Source: Poseidonia sp.
GTDB lineage: Archaea > Thermoplasmatota > Poseidoniia > Poseidoniales > Poseidoniaceae
DNA length: 64,000 nt
Reading direction: 5' to 3'
Assembly: GCA_030829545.1 (NCBI GenBank)
Contig: JAURAI010000004.1
Location: 63,433-127,432, forward strand
Shown: positions 8,941 through 18,545 of the stretch, one piece after another
How positions within the stretch are numbered: position 1 is the first letter of the stretch
Layout: every line of letters starts with the position of its first letter
Position numbers and translations under genes: made by a program
The notes under the pieces: model-generated
Told to the model about the DNA's origin: nothing
Seen by the model: the letters and a program-made list of their open reading frames with translations, nothing else
Databases searched by the model: none

Positions 8941-11900
8941 TCACAGGTTTTCTTCTGAGAGAACAGTCACGAGTGACGACTGTTCGGCCAAGCGCTTGTT
9001 GACATCATCACGTCGGCCCTTGCCAACGAGGTAGACTACGCCAAGCAGCGCAATGGTGAGGAGAATCACTGCAAACGGTAGTGCCGTCTTACCGACAACT
9101 TCCTGAGCCAAGTCAAGAATCGGGTTCTCGGATTCAAGGGCTTCTGGAATTGCCATGACGTTGTCGCGTTCATCGGATTCAACAATCTCATTCATCGGGT
9201 CAACAACGACGTAGACGCCCTTACTACCCGCAGTAACGGGGTAGAGAAGATACAATTCGATCTCCTTGGCATCTTCGGTGTCATCCGGGGCGAGAAGGGC
9301 TCCAACGACCTGTCGCATGACGACGCGTTCTTCGTCGCATCCGTTCTTGCGAATTTCATCCATCAGTTCCAAATCGTTAGCGTCATCATACTCGCAAAGA
9401 ACGATTTCGATGTCCGTTGCATGTACGTTGCCTGTGTTTTGCAGGATGATACCGATAGGGATGGTTGAATCAACTTCACCGTTCATCGATGGTGGCAGAA
9501 TAATCTCCTTAATTTCGAGATTTGGTGCACGAAGACGGAGTGTTACAATGAATTCGTTGGAATCAAAGTTCTCGCCGTCCCATTGCGGGGAGTCGTCGTG
9601 ATCACCGTCATTCTCCATGTCACCGTGCATCGAGACGACCTTCAAACCAAGTTGGCGAGTGTCAAGTTTTGCGTTGATGCCAATGGATACTGCAGCCACC
9701 GCGGTGATGGTTTCATAGGGTGCCATTTCAGGAAGACGGTATTCGCCCAAATCAGTGAGATAAACGCAGGTGTCTTCGGGGAAGGAAGATGCAGTGGATA
9801 CGTCTTGGATGCACGCTTCCTCAACTACAACATCTGCGCTGATTTGCTTCATCATGTACCACTGGACGCTCCAGCCATCAAGCATGTTCATGCCAGGAGA
9901 TTCGCCCCAAAGCAGATCGTCGCCGTCCTTCTGAGCAGTGTGGTTGTTCAGAGTTGGAACATCCGCCACGTTTCCGTTGTTGGTCACGTTGAAAGTGAAC
10001 CGCACAATCTTACCTGGAGCAGATGTCTTGACTGCATTGTCCACGCTGGAGTCCATCGAAATTTGCATGTCGTGGAATTCCTTGACCGTCACCGACAGGG
10101 TGATGGTGTCACGAAGACGCGTTTCTCGGCCGCTATCGTCCGGGTAGGCTTCTTCAGAGAAGGCCTGCAGAACGATGGTGTATTCTCCTGCCTCAACACG
10201 GTTGGGCACATTCATGAGAACGTCAAAGGCTTGGTATGTTCCTGGTGAGAGTTCCATGAGGTTCTCTCGAGGGATGTCAATGTCCCAAATGACGTCGACA
10301 CCAAAGGCATCGGTAACACGTGCAAGACGGAAGTCGAAGCGATCAGGCCCGTTTCCGTCGTTGGTGACCGTAAGGGGCAATGTGAGTTGCTCGCCTGGGT
10401 TCACTTCGAGTGAGGTACCAACATCGGGGTCAATGCCTGCATCCAAATCGTAGACGTGAATCACGTTGGTCGAGAGAATCACCGAATCTGAAATTCGTGG
10501 ATATCCGTCGAGGTATGCCTTGAGTGTCACGGCAGGACCGAGTCCTGACGATGCATTTGTTGGAGCACATACAGAGACACTCACCGTCTTGGTGACCGAA
10601 TCATCATTGCCTTGGATGGTCCATGCAATCGGGTCGCCAAGACCATCGCCAGCGTCTGCTGAGCCGGCAGCGTTGGAGAAGTCAACGCTGACCACCCAGT
10701 TCTCTTGCCGCCATGCGTCCATCGAGATGCCATCGGGCTTCACTTCAGGTGCGCCGGGCGTGACGAAGACAAGTTCACCAGAATCGAAGTTCTTGGTCAC
10801 ATCAATGTCATACTCTGCACAGTCACCGGGCAAGACTTGCTCGGAGCGATCTGGTATGCTGAACTCAATGTTACCGGTTGAACGAATCGATACGAAAACA
10901 CCCAGCTCAAGGATATCATAGGTTCCCTTTTCAACGGACTTAATCGGTTCGCCTTCAGACCAACCCTTGACATAGATGACGAAGCGTCCGGGATCTTCTG
11001 AAGTAGGGACGCTGACCTCGAGATTCTTTGTCACTGATTGACCCGGGTCAAGTTCAACGCGAGTTGGGAAGTTGATTTGCCAACCGAATGGCAGGAGCCA
11101 TTCTTGCTGACCTTCCAAGCTGTTGGGGTCCCAGAACACGAATGCATCGTTGACGTTTCCTGTGTTCGTGATGGTGATGGAGAACAGAGCTGTTTGTCCC
11201 TGTTCAATATCAGCCATGCTGTGCGACGTATCGAGGTTGATACCGTGAACAACGTCCATCAACGTGAGTGTGACGATGTCGTTTTGGATTGCTGGGTCTT
11301 TGTAAGACTGCGCTGTTATTCGAATTTCAGCCAACTCATCTCCGTTCGCCTGGTAGATAGAAGGGGCCTGTACTCGCATGTAGAAGCGGACATCTTCGCC
11401 ACCTTCGAGGAAGATGGGGGTGTCTGGGAAGATGCTGGAGTGATTGCTTGCAAAGTAGAGATTCGCTGTCCAATTCATCGGCACGCCTGAGATGTTCAAT
11501 CCGTAGGTGTCAGCAACCAAATCCTTTGGACCGGGTGTTGAATTGTTCATGGTCAAATTGTAGATGGTTTGTTGACCAGGTTCAATCACGTGATAGAAGG
11601 TCTCTCCCTCATCAAACTCGAGATCAACTTGCCCGGTAAGAACGTGGGAGTAACAGATTGTGAATCGGTTGTTATTTCCTTCATCGCCACACTTGTTGGT
11701 ATCCGACCAAGCAATGTGAGCTCCACTGCCCAAATCATTCGAGAAGGCTGGGGGCATTCCGATGCTCGGTTGCCGGCCGTTGTTGGGCCCAAGTTTGTTC
11801 GAATTCCATGTTGTCACAGATACCGCTTCCCACGGGTCGAGGGCGGTAAGGCCGTCTCCTGTCAGGTCGGTTTGATTGAGGCGAGCATAGAGGACTTCTT

Positions 11901-13968
11901 CATTGGCCGAGGTATTTCCTGAATCGACCCACGCAATGTGCACGTTGTTTTGGTCATCTGTTAGGAGTGAGGGGAAAACGGAGTTTCCTGCATAGGGTGA
12001 AGCAGGTGGCAAGCCGCCATTACCCTCAACATGAGAGATAGGGGTGTCGTTGATTTTCTTGATGGCGTAGGTGGAGAGACCTTGGTCGGCTCCGTCCCAA
12101 ACCCCTGCACCTTGCAAGCGAAGTTTGGTGTAGTAGACTTCGTAATTGACGTCTTTCTCAAATCCATAGTCACGTCCATCCATCCAAGCGATGTGGGTGT
12201 TGCCTTGCATGTCCACACCGATCGATGGGTGGAAGGAGTAAGCGTCGTCGATGGTCACACGGGTGTCATTGACAACAACAAGGTGGCCGTCAGCCCCTGC
12301 GCCTGTGTCTTCGTAGTAGGTGCCTCCTTGTACCCAGTGACCTGTTTCACCTGGGGTGAAAGACGGGTCGTTGTTCATCTTTGCATAGGGGTCCAAGACT
12401 GACATGTAGATTTCACGGGAGTTGTTGGTTGAGATGTAAACCATGGCTTCGACGAGAAGGGACATTTGGTTCGTACCCGATCCTGAAGGGAACTCGTAAG
12501 CCTGTCCGCCAGCATCAGTGTTTGCAAGAGTGTTACCCGGGCAATTACGCGACTGAGTGGAGACAATCCCGTTGGGGCACTGCACGAGGTCCATGAAGTG
12601 AGATTGGATGTTGCCTGCACCACCATAGCCTTGGCCGTAGAGTCCAACTGGAATAACACCAGAAAGAAGGCAGTTGTCGTGAGCTTCCTGAATGGCTGCC
12701 TTATCGTCGGCTTGCTGGGATGGGTCGCCGTCCTTAGGACCCTCGTCAGAAACAGGAATCACAATCTTGGTTGCGTTCGGGTTCCAACGGTGGTCGGATT
12801 GAGTGGGTGGGTTACCTGGAACGTTGCCTGAAGCATCCTTCCATGAAAGACAGGCCCAGTTGGAACCGGGGCCCCAGTCTTCACCAGAATAGCCGGAGTA
12901 CGTATTGCCGTTGTAGATGGTTCCGGGCAACTTGCGGATACCTCCGGAGTCATCTCCGGGTGTTTGACCAAGTGGTGTTGTTCGAGGTCCTGTGTTCTTG
13001 TTGTAACCTTGACAGTTGCCTGAACTCGCTGCGCCAGGAAGGGTGTTGCCCAGTCCGTAGATGGTTTCGTACACGGTCATGTTAGCGGTTTCGAGCATTG
13101 GCTTGATGCCTTGGAAGTAACTTCCAGAGGCGAAGTTGCCACCGTAAACAACCGTGCAGATATCTGCCCATTCCGTGTACATTGAACCTGAGGTGTCAAC
13201 AATAAAGGCCAGTTCGACCTTTCCACCGCGGGTGTCGTCCCAAGCGATTTGAACGTAGTCGTTGGCATCAACAACGACATCAGGGTGGCCTTTGTGGCCA
13301 ATGATCGGCGTGAGAAGAGTGTCGTCAAAGAGGGTGACGATGGCGCCTGAACTGATGTCTGGTTGAATCATGGAGTAGTAAATTTGTGGCTGGTTGAAGA
13401 AACGGCCAAGTTCGTCATAGTTGTCTTGCCAAACGATGTGGACATTGTTCTGGCTGTCAAGATCCAATGCTGGCCAGTCGCGGTTTTGTGAGCGACGAGA
13501 AATGATTGTGTCATCAATGGCCGAGAGTGTTCCATCGTCCGAGGCCATGCCGTCCATAGCCGCTGAGAATGGTTGCAGGGCAGTGTACATGATGGCGTGT
13601 TGGCCTGCTCTGTCAGCCCAAACGACGTGCACGCGGTCGTATTCATCAACTTCGAGGTCGGGGTGCCAAATCTTGTGAAGCCCCGAGTTGGTGATTTGGG
13701 TGGCGTCGATGAGCGTCTCCCCACGTGGTGAAATCATTGCGTAGTAGAGGTGGAGGTTATTGCGGGTCCAAACAACGTGGACGTTTCCTGAACTGTCGGA
13801 GCCAACGGCGGCTTGTGCGTCGGATGCTGTTCCCCCGTCAACAATCTGGACGGCTTCGGTAATAACAACGGTACTGGCGCTTACTGCGACGCTCGCTACA
13901 AGGAGCGAGGACATGACTGAAAGCACCATAATGGATGCGAGGCTAATTGATTTCATTTTTTGGCTCAT
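8941..13968 (-). CDS. Giant secreted surface protein (1675 aa): signal peptide, 7 W-D repeat blades, inserted VWA domain, CARDB-like Ig-fold repeats, C-terminal TM anchor
   Basis: N-terminal signal (MSQKMKSISLASIMVLSVMSSLLVASVAVSA). Repeats are VHVVWTR, VHVVWAD, VHIVWQD, VQIAWDD, THIAWMD, VHIAWVD and AHIAWSD. MIDAS-like IVDTSGSM and IVIPVSDEGPKDG are present. NTGN-type motifs (ITNTGNVND, VTNDGNGPD, VTNNGNVAD, LQNTGNVHA) are present. Anchor is LPFAVILLTIALLGVVYLVGKGRRDD. A GGTGA SD-like element lies 5 nt before the ATG. Confidence 0.85.
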   Translation of the reverse strand: MSQKMKSISLASIMVLSVMSSLLVASVAVSASTVVITEAVQIVDGGTASDAQAAVGSDSSGNVHVVWTRNNLHLYYAMISPRGETLIDATQITNSGLHKIWHPDLEVDEYDRVHVVWADRAGQHAIMYTALQPFSAAMDGMASDDGTLSAIDDTIISRRSQNRDWPALDLDSQNNVHIVWQDNYDELGRFFNQPQIYYSMIQPDISSGAIVTLFDDTLLTPIIGHKGHPDVVVDANDYVQIAWDDTRGGKVELAFIVDTSGSMYTEWADICTVVYGGNFASGSYFQGIKPMLETANMTVYETIYGLGNTLPGAASSGNCQGYNKNTGPRTTPLGQTPGDDSGGIRKLPGTIYNGNTYSGYSGEDWGPGSNWACLSWKDASGNVPGNPPTQSDHRWNPNATKIVIPVSDEGPKDGDPSQQADDKAAIQEAHDNCLLSGVIPVGLYGQGYGGAGNIQSHFMDLVQCPNGIVSTQSRNCPGNTLANTDAGGQAYEFPSGSGTNQMSLLVEAMVYISTNNSREIYMSVLDPYAKMNNDPSFTPGETGHWVQGGTYYEDTGAGADGHLVVVNDTRVTIDDAYSFHPSIGVDMQGNTHIAWMDGRDYGFEKDVNYEVYYTKLRLQGAGVWDGADQGLSTYAIKKINDTPISHVEGNGGLPPASPYAGNSVFPSLLTDDQNNVHIAWVDSGNTSANEEVLYARLNQTDLTGDGLTALDPWEAVSVTTWNSNKLGPNNGRQPSIGMPPAFSNDLGSGAHIAWSDTNKCGDEGNNNRFTICYSHVLTGQVDLEFDEGETFYHVIEPGQQTIYNLTMNNSTPGPKDLVADTYGLNISGVPMNWTANLYFASNHSSIFPDTPIFLEGGEDVRFYMRVQAPSIYQANGDELAEIRITAQSYKDPAIQNDIVTLTLMDVVHGINLDTSHSMADIEQGQTALFSITITNTGNVNDAFVFWDPNSLEGQQEWLLPFGWQINFPTRVELDPGQSVTKNLEVSVPTSEDPGRFVIYVKGWSEGEPIKSVEKGTYDILELGVFVSIRSTGNIEFSIPDRSEQVLPGDCAEYDIDVTKNFDSGELVFVTPGAPEVKPDGISMDAWRQENWVVSVDFSNAAGSADAGDGLGDPIAWTIQGNDDSVTKTVSVSVCAPTNASSGLGPAVTLKAYLDGYPRISDSVILSTNVIHVYDLDAGIDPDVGTSLEVNPGEQLTLPLTVTNDGNGPDRFDFRLARVTDAFGVDVIWDIDIPRENLMELSPGTYQAFDVLMNVPNRVEAGEYTIVLQAFSEEAYPDDSGRETRLRDTITLSVTVKEFHDMQISMDSSVDNAVKTSAPGKIVRFTFNVTNNGNVADVPTLNNHTAQKDGDDLLWGESPGMNMLDGWSVQWYMMKQISADVVVEEACIQDVSTASSFPEDTCVYLTDLGEYRLPEMAPYETITAVAAVSIGINAKLDTRQLGLKVVSMHGDMENDGDHDDSPQWDGENFDSNEFIVTLRLRAPNLEIKEIILPPSMNGEVDSTIPIGIILQNTGNVHATDIEIVLCEYDDANDLELMDEIRKNGCDEERVVMRQVVGALLAPDDTEDAKEIELYLLYPVTAGSKGVYVVVDPMNEIVESDERDNVMAIPEALESENPILDLAQEVVGKTALPFAVILLTIALLGVVYLVGKGRRDDVNKRLAEQSSLVTVLSEENL

Positions 13969-14097
13969 GGAGTCACCTCAAAGGTCTAACAATTCAACGA
14001 GATTCTTATCATACTTAACCGCGTTCCCCTTCGGTCTGCCAAATCGCGGCCTGATGTGTCGCAAGACACCGCTTACCTCGTCGCTACTCTTTCGATT

Positions 14098-14733
14098 CTA
14101 AGCCCATTCGCTCGGATCAAAGCCACTTCCAAATGACATCTTTTCATCGAATTCAACCTGGGGGGCGGTCCCATCACTTTGTGGAGTTTGCGTGCCATCT
14201 GGTTTTGCCTTGGATTTTGGCCAATCATCAACCGGGCCTGGTTTTCCAATACCGGGGCCGTAGGAATACTTGATTTCGTGAATGAGGGCGAGTTTGGCAA
14301 GCCAAAGGCGACGGAGATTGTTCATGAATTCATGCTTGCTTAATCCGTCAAACCAAATGGGAAGGCTGACGTTGAATGCTTGAAGTGGCCCTGGCTTCTT
14401 TTCGCCCTGATGGCCCATGTGAATGGCCCAGTCAACACCCGTACGAATGAGGTGCAATCGGCTTTCATGAACCCATTCAGCCCAATCGCTCTCTTCGTCA
14501 TCCATGTGTGCTTTCATCTCTTTTTGCTGGCCCTCATCAACGCGTGTCATGCTCGATAACGCAACAAGATCGCGTCCTTTGGGAATGACAACGGCGAACA
14601 TGTGGCCTTGTTTGCCGCCAGGGTACCTCACGAGGAAATGGGCATGAGCCCGCGGGTCCTTTTGTGATTTGGCAGTGAGGCGTTCTTCGGTAAGCCACTG
14701 CTTGAGTACATCAACCACTTCATCGGGCGTCAT
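14098..14733 (-). CDS. Hypothetical cytoplasmic protein (possibly YbjN/DUF2299-like fold; family assignment uncertain)
   Basis: Clean 211-aa ORF with an ATG start and no competing ORF. The pattern AHFLVRYPGGKQGHMFAVVIPKGRDLVALSS resembles YbjN-type domains, but this is recollection only. Confidence 0.55.
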   Translation of the reverse strand: MTPDEVVDVLKQWLTEERLTAKSQKDPRAHAHFLVRYPGGKQGHMFAVVIPKGRDLVALSSMTRVDEGQQKEMKAHMDDEESDWAEWVHESRLHLIRTGVDWAIHMGHQGEKKPGPLQAFNVSLPIWFDGLSKHEFMNNLRRLWLAKLALIHEIKYSYGPGIGKPGPVDDWPKSKAKPDGTQTPQSDGTAPQVEFDEKMSFGSGFDPSEWA

Positions 14734-14781
14734 GGTTCAACCCAAACCCTCATCCCGTTTGAAACACACTCTTTTTGAGGA

Positions 14782-16371
14782 CTATATTTGCCCAAGAAGG
14801 TGAAACAGGCGTTCTTTTTGTTCCCGGCCCATCGTGCGACGCTTCCAGACGCTTCGGAGGTCAACCCATGCATCCCACGCCCGTGCGAAGCTTTTACCGC
14901 TCAGCCAAAAGAGTGGAAACATCAAGAAATAGGTGGCGATTGCAGCCATTATTTGTTCACTTGTAGTCATGCTACTCCATGCGGGTAAGATGGAGTGAAG
15001 GGCGTCAAAAATTGTGGCGGCATTCACCCAAAATGCGCCTGTCCAAAGCAACGCGATGATTGGCCAGATAAGAAGCGAGCCGAAAAAGGCAGCAAGGAAT
15101 TGGTAACTCGTCCTCGCATCCAACCCTTCATCGGTTGAATCACCAAGAAGACGCCCAAGAAGTACTTGTAGGCCCAGTGAACTAAGCGAGAGAGGGAGAA
15201 GGAGTAGGAAGGCGACAAAGGCTACGAAATTCATCGGCGCCTTCGCCAGACGCCCCCTCTTCAAGCCGGTCCCCGTTGCATTGAGGGCGCGTCCATCGAG
15301 TTGGTTGCGCTCGAGAATTTCCGCAGCCTCAATGGCGTGCACCATCCGTTCATCAGCGATAGGTTTGGGGGGAAAGGCGTCAGGTTCTGACGACCATTCT
15401 TCGCGAACTGTTCGGGCAGCATGCACTTCATCCTGCCATCGAGGCAATTGGCGCCCTTCCCTCCGTGCATGGAGGTGCGCGACCAGATGAAGCGCTCGGT
15501 GCTCTTCCCACGTTGCTGTATTCGGTGTTTGGAAGGGGAGTTGGTTTTGGAGACGGTCTCGTAATGAATGGACAACTTCTGCTGGAGGTTCAACCCATCC
15601 TCCTTGTTTGACAGCGTCCACCATTTCTTCAGGAATAAGGTCGTCAGTCACTTGAATTGGTTCACCGAATTCGACGTATTGGTCTGTTCTGAAATCTTCT
15701 CTGCAGCGGAAATGCAATCCCACGGGGAGCAGGTGAGGGAGTTCCAAATCATTGGCTTTCGCAAGCGCTGCTGAAGCAAGAACGGTGCGAATGGGCCCTG
15801 TTTTGAATCGAATCATGTGGGATTCACTGTGACTGGTACCTTCTGGGAAAAGAACGCATCCAAAGCCGTGCGCTACGCCGTTTGCCAAGGCGAGGAGGGA
15901 GCGCCCATTGAGGTGCATGGCTTCTTCTTCAGTACATCCGCCGCGCAGGAGTTCCGCTTTTCTAACAACCGGTTGAACTGCCAGACGTCGCGTCCACCAG
16001 CCCAGAAGCGGACGTGTGACGAGATCGTGTCTCGCACCCACAACGAACTCTTTGGGGTGTTGAAGAAAGATGCCAAGGGGGTCCATGAGCCCGTTGGTAT
16101 GCCAACCGCAACACATGGCTCCACCGCCCGATTGAGAGAGGGGGGTTGCACGGGTTGTACTGGTGGTTCGAAATTGTACACTTGCAACCCTGCGGCACAT
16201 CCAAAAAGCTACTTTTGTCCAAATGTACGAACCCGGAATTGAACTCGTGTATGTAGGAAGAGGGGTTGCAAGAAGTTTGTCAATGCGCATTTTTTTTGCC
16301 GAAGCGGAGAGAATTGGCAACACTTCGCCATTGTGGACCGCTTCGTCTTCTTCAGTAACGATGGTAGCCAT
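14782..16371 (-). CDS. Glycerolipid acyltransferase (PlsC/GPAT-type, HX4D) fused to a C-terminal multi-pass membrane domain
   Basis: Contains the HX4D box WHTNGLMD, the FPEGTSHSE box and IRFKTGP. The C-terminal about 170 aa has several TM helices. The start overlaps the HIT gene stop by 1 nt (TAATG). Confidence 0.75.
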   Translation of the reverse strand: MATIVTEEDEAVHNGEVLPILSASAKKMRIDKLLATPLPTYTSSIPGSYIWTKVAFWMCRRVASVQFRTTSTTRATPLSQSGGGAMCCGWHTNGLMDPLGIFLQHPKEFVVGARHDLVTRPLLGWWTRRLAVQPVVRKAELLRGGCTEEEAMHLNGRSLLALANGVAHGFGCVLFPEGTSHSESHMIRFKTGPIRTVLASAALAKANDLELPHLLPVGLHFRCREDFRTDQYVEFGEPIQVTDDLIPEEMVDAVKQGGWVEPPAEVVHSLRDRLQNQLPFQTPNTATWEEHRALHLVAHLHARREGRQLPRWQDEVHAARTVREEWSSEPDAFPPKPIADERMVHAIEAAEILERNQLDGRALNATGTGLKRGRLAKAPMNFVAFVAFLLLLPLSLSSLGLQVLLGRLLGDSTDEGLDARTSYQFLAAFFGSLLIWPIIALLWTGAFWVNAATIFDALHSILPAWSSMTTSEQIMAAIATYFLMFPLFWLSGKSFARAWDAWVDLRSVWKRRTMGREQKERLFHLLGQI

Positions 16372-16796
16372 TAATTCACGACCTGCAAGGATGTAGCCAA
16401 TGAAGCCAATGATTGATGGTCCGGTTCAGAGGTAGGGGTTGATGGCCACATGGACATCAAGGTCCCTCCGCCGTCCCCTTGAGTGCGAGGGAGGACATGG
16501 AAATGGACGTGGGGTACTTCTTGGCCTGCAAGAGGGCCATCGTGGAGACAGACGGTGAAATCAGTCGTTGAGAAATGGGCTCCCAAACGTTGTTGAACCA
16601 CAGTAATGCCTTCCATCAGCCCATTCAATTCCTGTGAGTTGAGTTCTGAAAGGCGTTGAACTGCCTTTCGCGGAATGACAAGTGTGTGGCCTTCTCTTCG
16701 TGGAAAAATATCCAAAAATGCATACCACGATTCACCTTGAGCGACGCAATGTGAGGGGATTTGGCCAGAAAGAATGCTTTCAAACAAGGTCCCCAT
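16371..16796 (-). CDS. HIT-family nucleotide hydrolase/transferase
   Basis: Contains the histidine triad HVHFHVLPR and the upstream HTLVIPRK motif. Length is 141 aa. Confidence 0.85.
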   Translation of the reverse strand: MGTLFESILSGQIPSHCVAQGESWYAFLDIFPRREGHTLVIPRKAVQRLSELNSQELNGLMEGITVVQQRLGAHFSTTDFTVCLHDGPLAGQEVPHVHFHVLPRTQGDGGGTLMSMWPSTPTSEPDHQSLASLATSLQVVN

Positions 16797-16826
16797 GATT
16801 GACTTCGAAGCCGTTCATGCCTTTCT

Positions 16827-18461
16827 TCATTGTGGAGCAAGAACCCAATGGCCGCCTGCTCCTTTCTTAATCGCAAGCGTGCCGGTGACTCCTTGATGGT
16901 CAACGGTGACGTGGTGAAGGAAGTCCTCATTTGCCTCTGGGAAATCTTCTCGGACAAAGGAGCCACGAGATTCTTCCCTAGCAAGTCCACTTTGCACCGA
17001 TGCGGTGAGGAGGCGAACTGCGGCTTGGGTTCGCAGCACTTCGAGGAGGTTCGTATTCGCAATCAAAGATTGCTGATCCAAGTGCAACGATTCAGCAGAA
17101 TGGCTCGCCGCCTCTAATTTATTGAGGAGCGAAGCCATCGATGATGCGGTGAAGGTAGGAGTTGATGCGAGTGCTGATTGCACAGAAGCCATCACGGTGC
17201 CGCAGCGAACAACGTGGGTTTCTTCACTGTCTCCCATCATTGCTGATAGGTCAGCTTCGGCTTGCTCAACGGCCGCTTGGATAGAATCGGGGGTGCTGAA
17301 TTTGCGGTCGGCCACCCAAGATGCTGCGTGCTTGCCTGCGTTTGCACCGGATTCAAGCGCATCAAGAAGGCGGTTTCCGGGGAGAGTTGCGGCTCCATGG
17401 AAGCCAGTGCAAGCGGCATCGCCTGCAGCGTAAAGACTCGTGAACCAACGCGACCATGCGCCAATAACACACCGTCCCTGTCCATCGACTGGCAAGCCAC
17501 CGATGGTGTGGCCCACGACGGAATCGAGTGGGACGGTTTGACGGTTCATGTCAATGCCCGTTCGTTGCTGTACCAAGCGGAACAAGGAAGACCACCATGC
17601 TGCGGATTCGCCCAAATTACGTGCATCGAGGACGGGTTGAACCGCTGATTGAATGGCTTGGGCCATCTCAAGAGGATTGAGGTCAGCGACTTCAATTGCA
17701 GCGCCTGAGCCTTCGTGCAATTTTGCACCGTCGTTGAGTAGACCTGTGGGCAAGAAAAGATTGGTGCCCTTGATTGTCAGGGGGTGATGTGTCATGAATT
17801 CCATGTCTCTCAAAGCGATTCCAGCGCGGAATGCCATGTCCATGCCCAGTCCAACAACACCTGAAGAAAAAGCACCTTCAAAGCCTTCATCTGCAATGAT
17901 GAGGGCTTTGCATTGTAAACCAACAACACGACCGTTCATCATATCCAAGGCCACGAGTCCATCTACGGATTGATCGGAATGTACGAGGGTAAGGGGAATG
18001 TGGTCGCCTCGGCGAATGACGCCGTGGCGCATGCACTGCTCCTCGCCAATTTGTTGGAATTGTCGGGAGGTTGCGCTTCCAGCATCAACCGTACGAGGCT
18101 GGGCGTGCCCGACGGCTTTTCGGACCATGGGAAGGCCTTGGGAGTCTCGGCGGAAGTTGATGCCACGGCGCTCAAGGAGGTCGACGTGGCGATTCGCATT
18201 GGCAGTGGTTTGTGCAACAACATCCTGGTCATTGAGGAAGGCCCCGGTACGGATGGTGTCTTCACGATGGCTGCGGTTATTTGTTTCTTGAAGCGATGCG
18301 GACAGCCCTTCGAGGGGTGCCATGCCGGGTTGGCCGAGGGCTGTGGAAGAAATCATGAGCGTGCTTGCTCCGTCCCGTGCGGCTTCGGCAGCAGCATTCA
18401 TGGCAGCAGGGCCGTCTCCGAGAACAATGACATCCCATGCTTCCATCTTGAATCCCCTCAA
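16827..18461 (-). CDS. FAD-dependent oxidoreductase of the SdhA/FrdA/NadB flavoprotein family (divergent)
   Basis: Contains a Rossmann motif (DVIVLGDGPAAMNAAAEAA), LYAAGDAACTGFHGAATLPGNRLLDALESG and REESRGSFVREDFPE. No adjacent Fe-S subunit gene is present. Confidence 0.8.
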   Translation of the reverse strand: MRGFKMEAWDVIVLGDGPAAMNAAAEAARDGASTLMISSTALGQPGMAPLEGLSASLQETNNRSHREDTIRTGAFLNDQDVVAQTTANANRHVDLLERRGINFRRDSQGLPMVRKAVGHAQPRTVDAGSATSRQFQQIGEEQCMRHGVIRRGDHIPLTLVHSDQSVDGLVALDMMNGRVVGLQCKALIIADEGFEGAFSSGVVGLGMDMAFRAGIALRDMEFMTHHPLTIKGTNLFLPTGLLNDGAKLHEGSGAAIEVADLNPLEMAQAIQSAVQPVLDARNLGESAAWWSSLFRLVQQRTGIDMNRQTVPLDSVVGHTIGGLPVDGQGRCVIGAWSRWFTSLYAAGDAACTGFHGAATLPGNRLLDALESGANAGKHAASWVADRKFSTPDSIQAAVEQAEADLSAMMGDSEETHVVRCGTVMASVQSALASTPTFTASSMASLLNKLEAASHSAESLHLDQQSLIANTNLLEVLRTQAAVRLLTASVQSGLAREESRGSFVREDFPEANEDFLHHVTVDHQGVTGTLAIKKGAGGHWVLAPQ

Positions 18462-18545
18462 GGCTGGCGAAGTGGCGGACTGACATAAGGTGCGCGCTTG
18501 AGCCCTCTCGGACCCAGCGTGTATTCTTAGGCAGAATAGAAGCTC

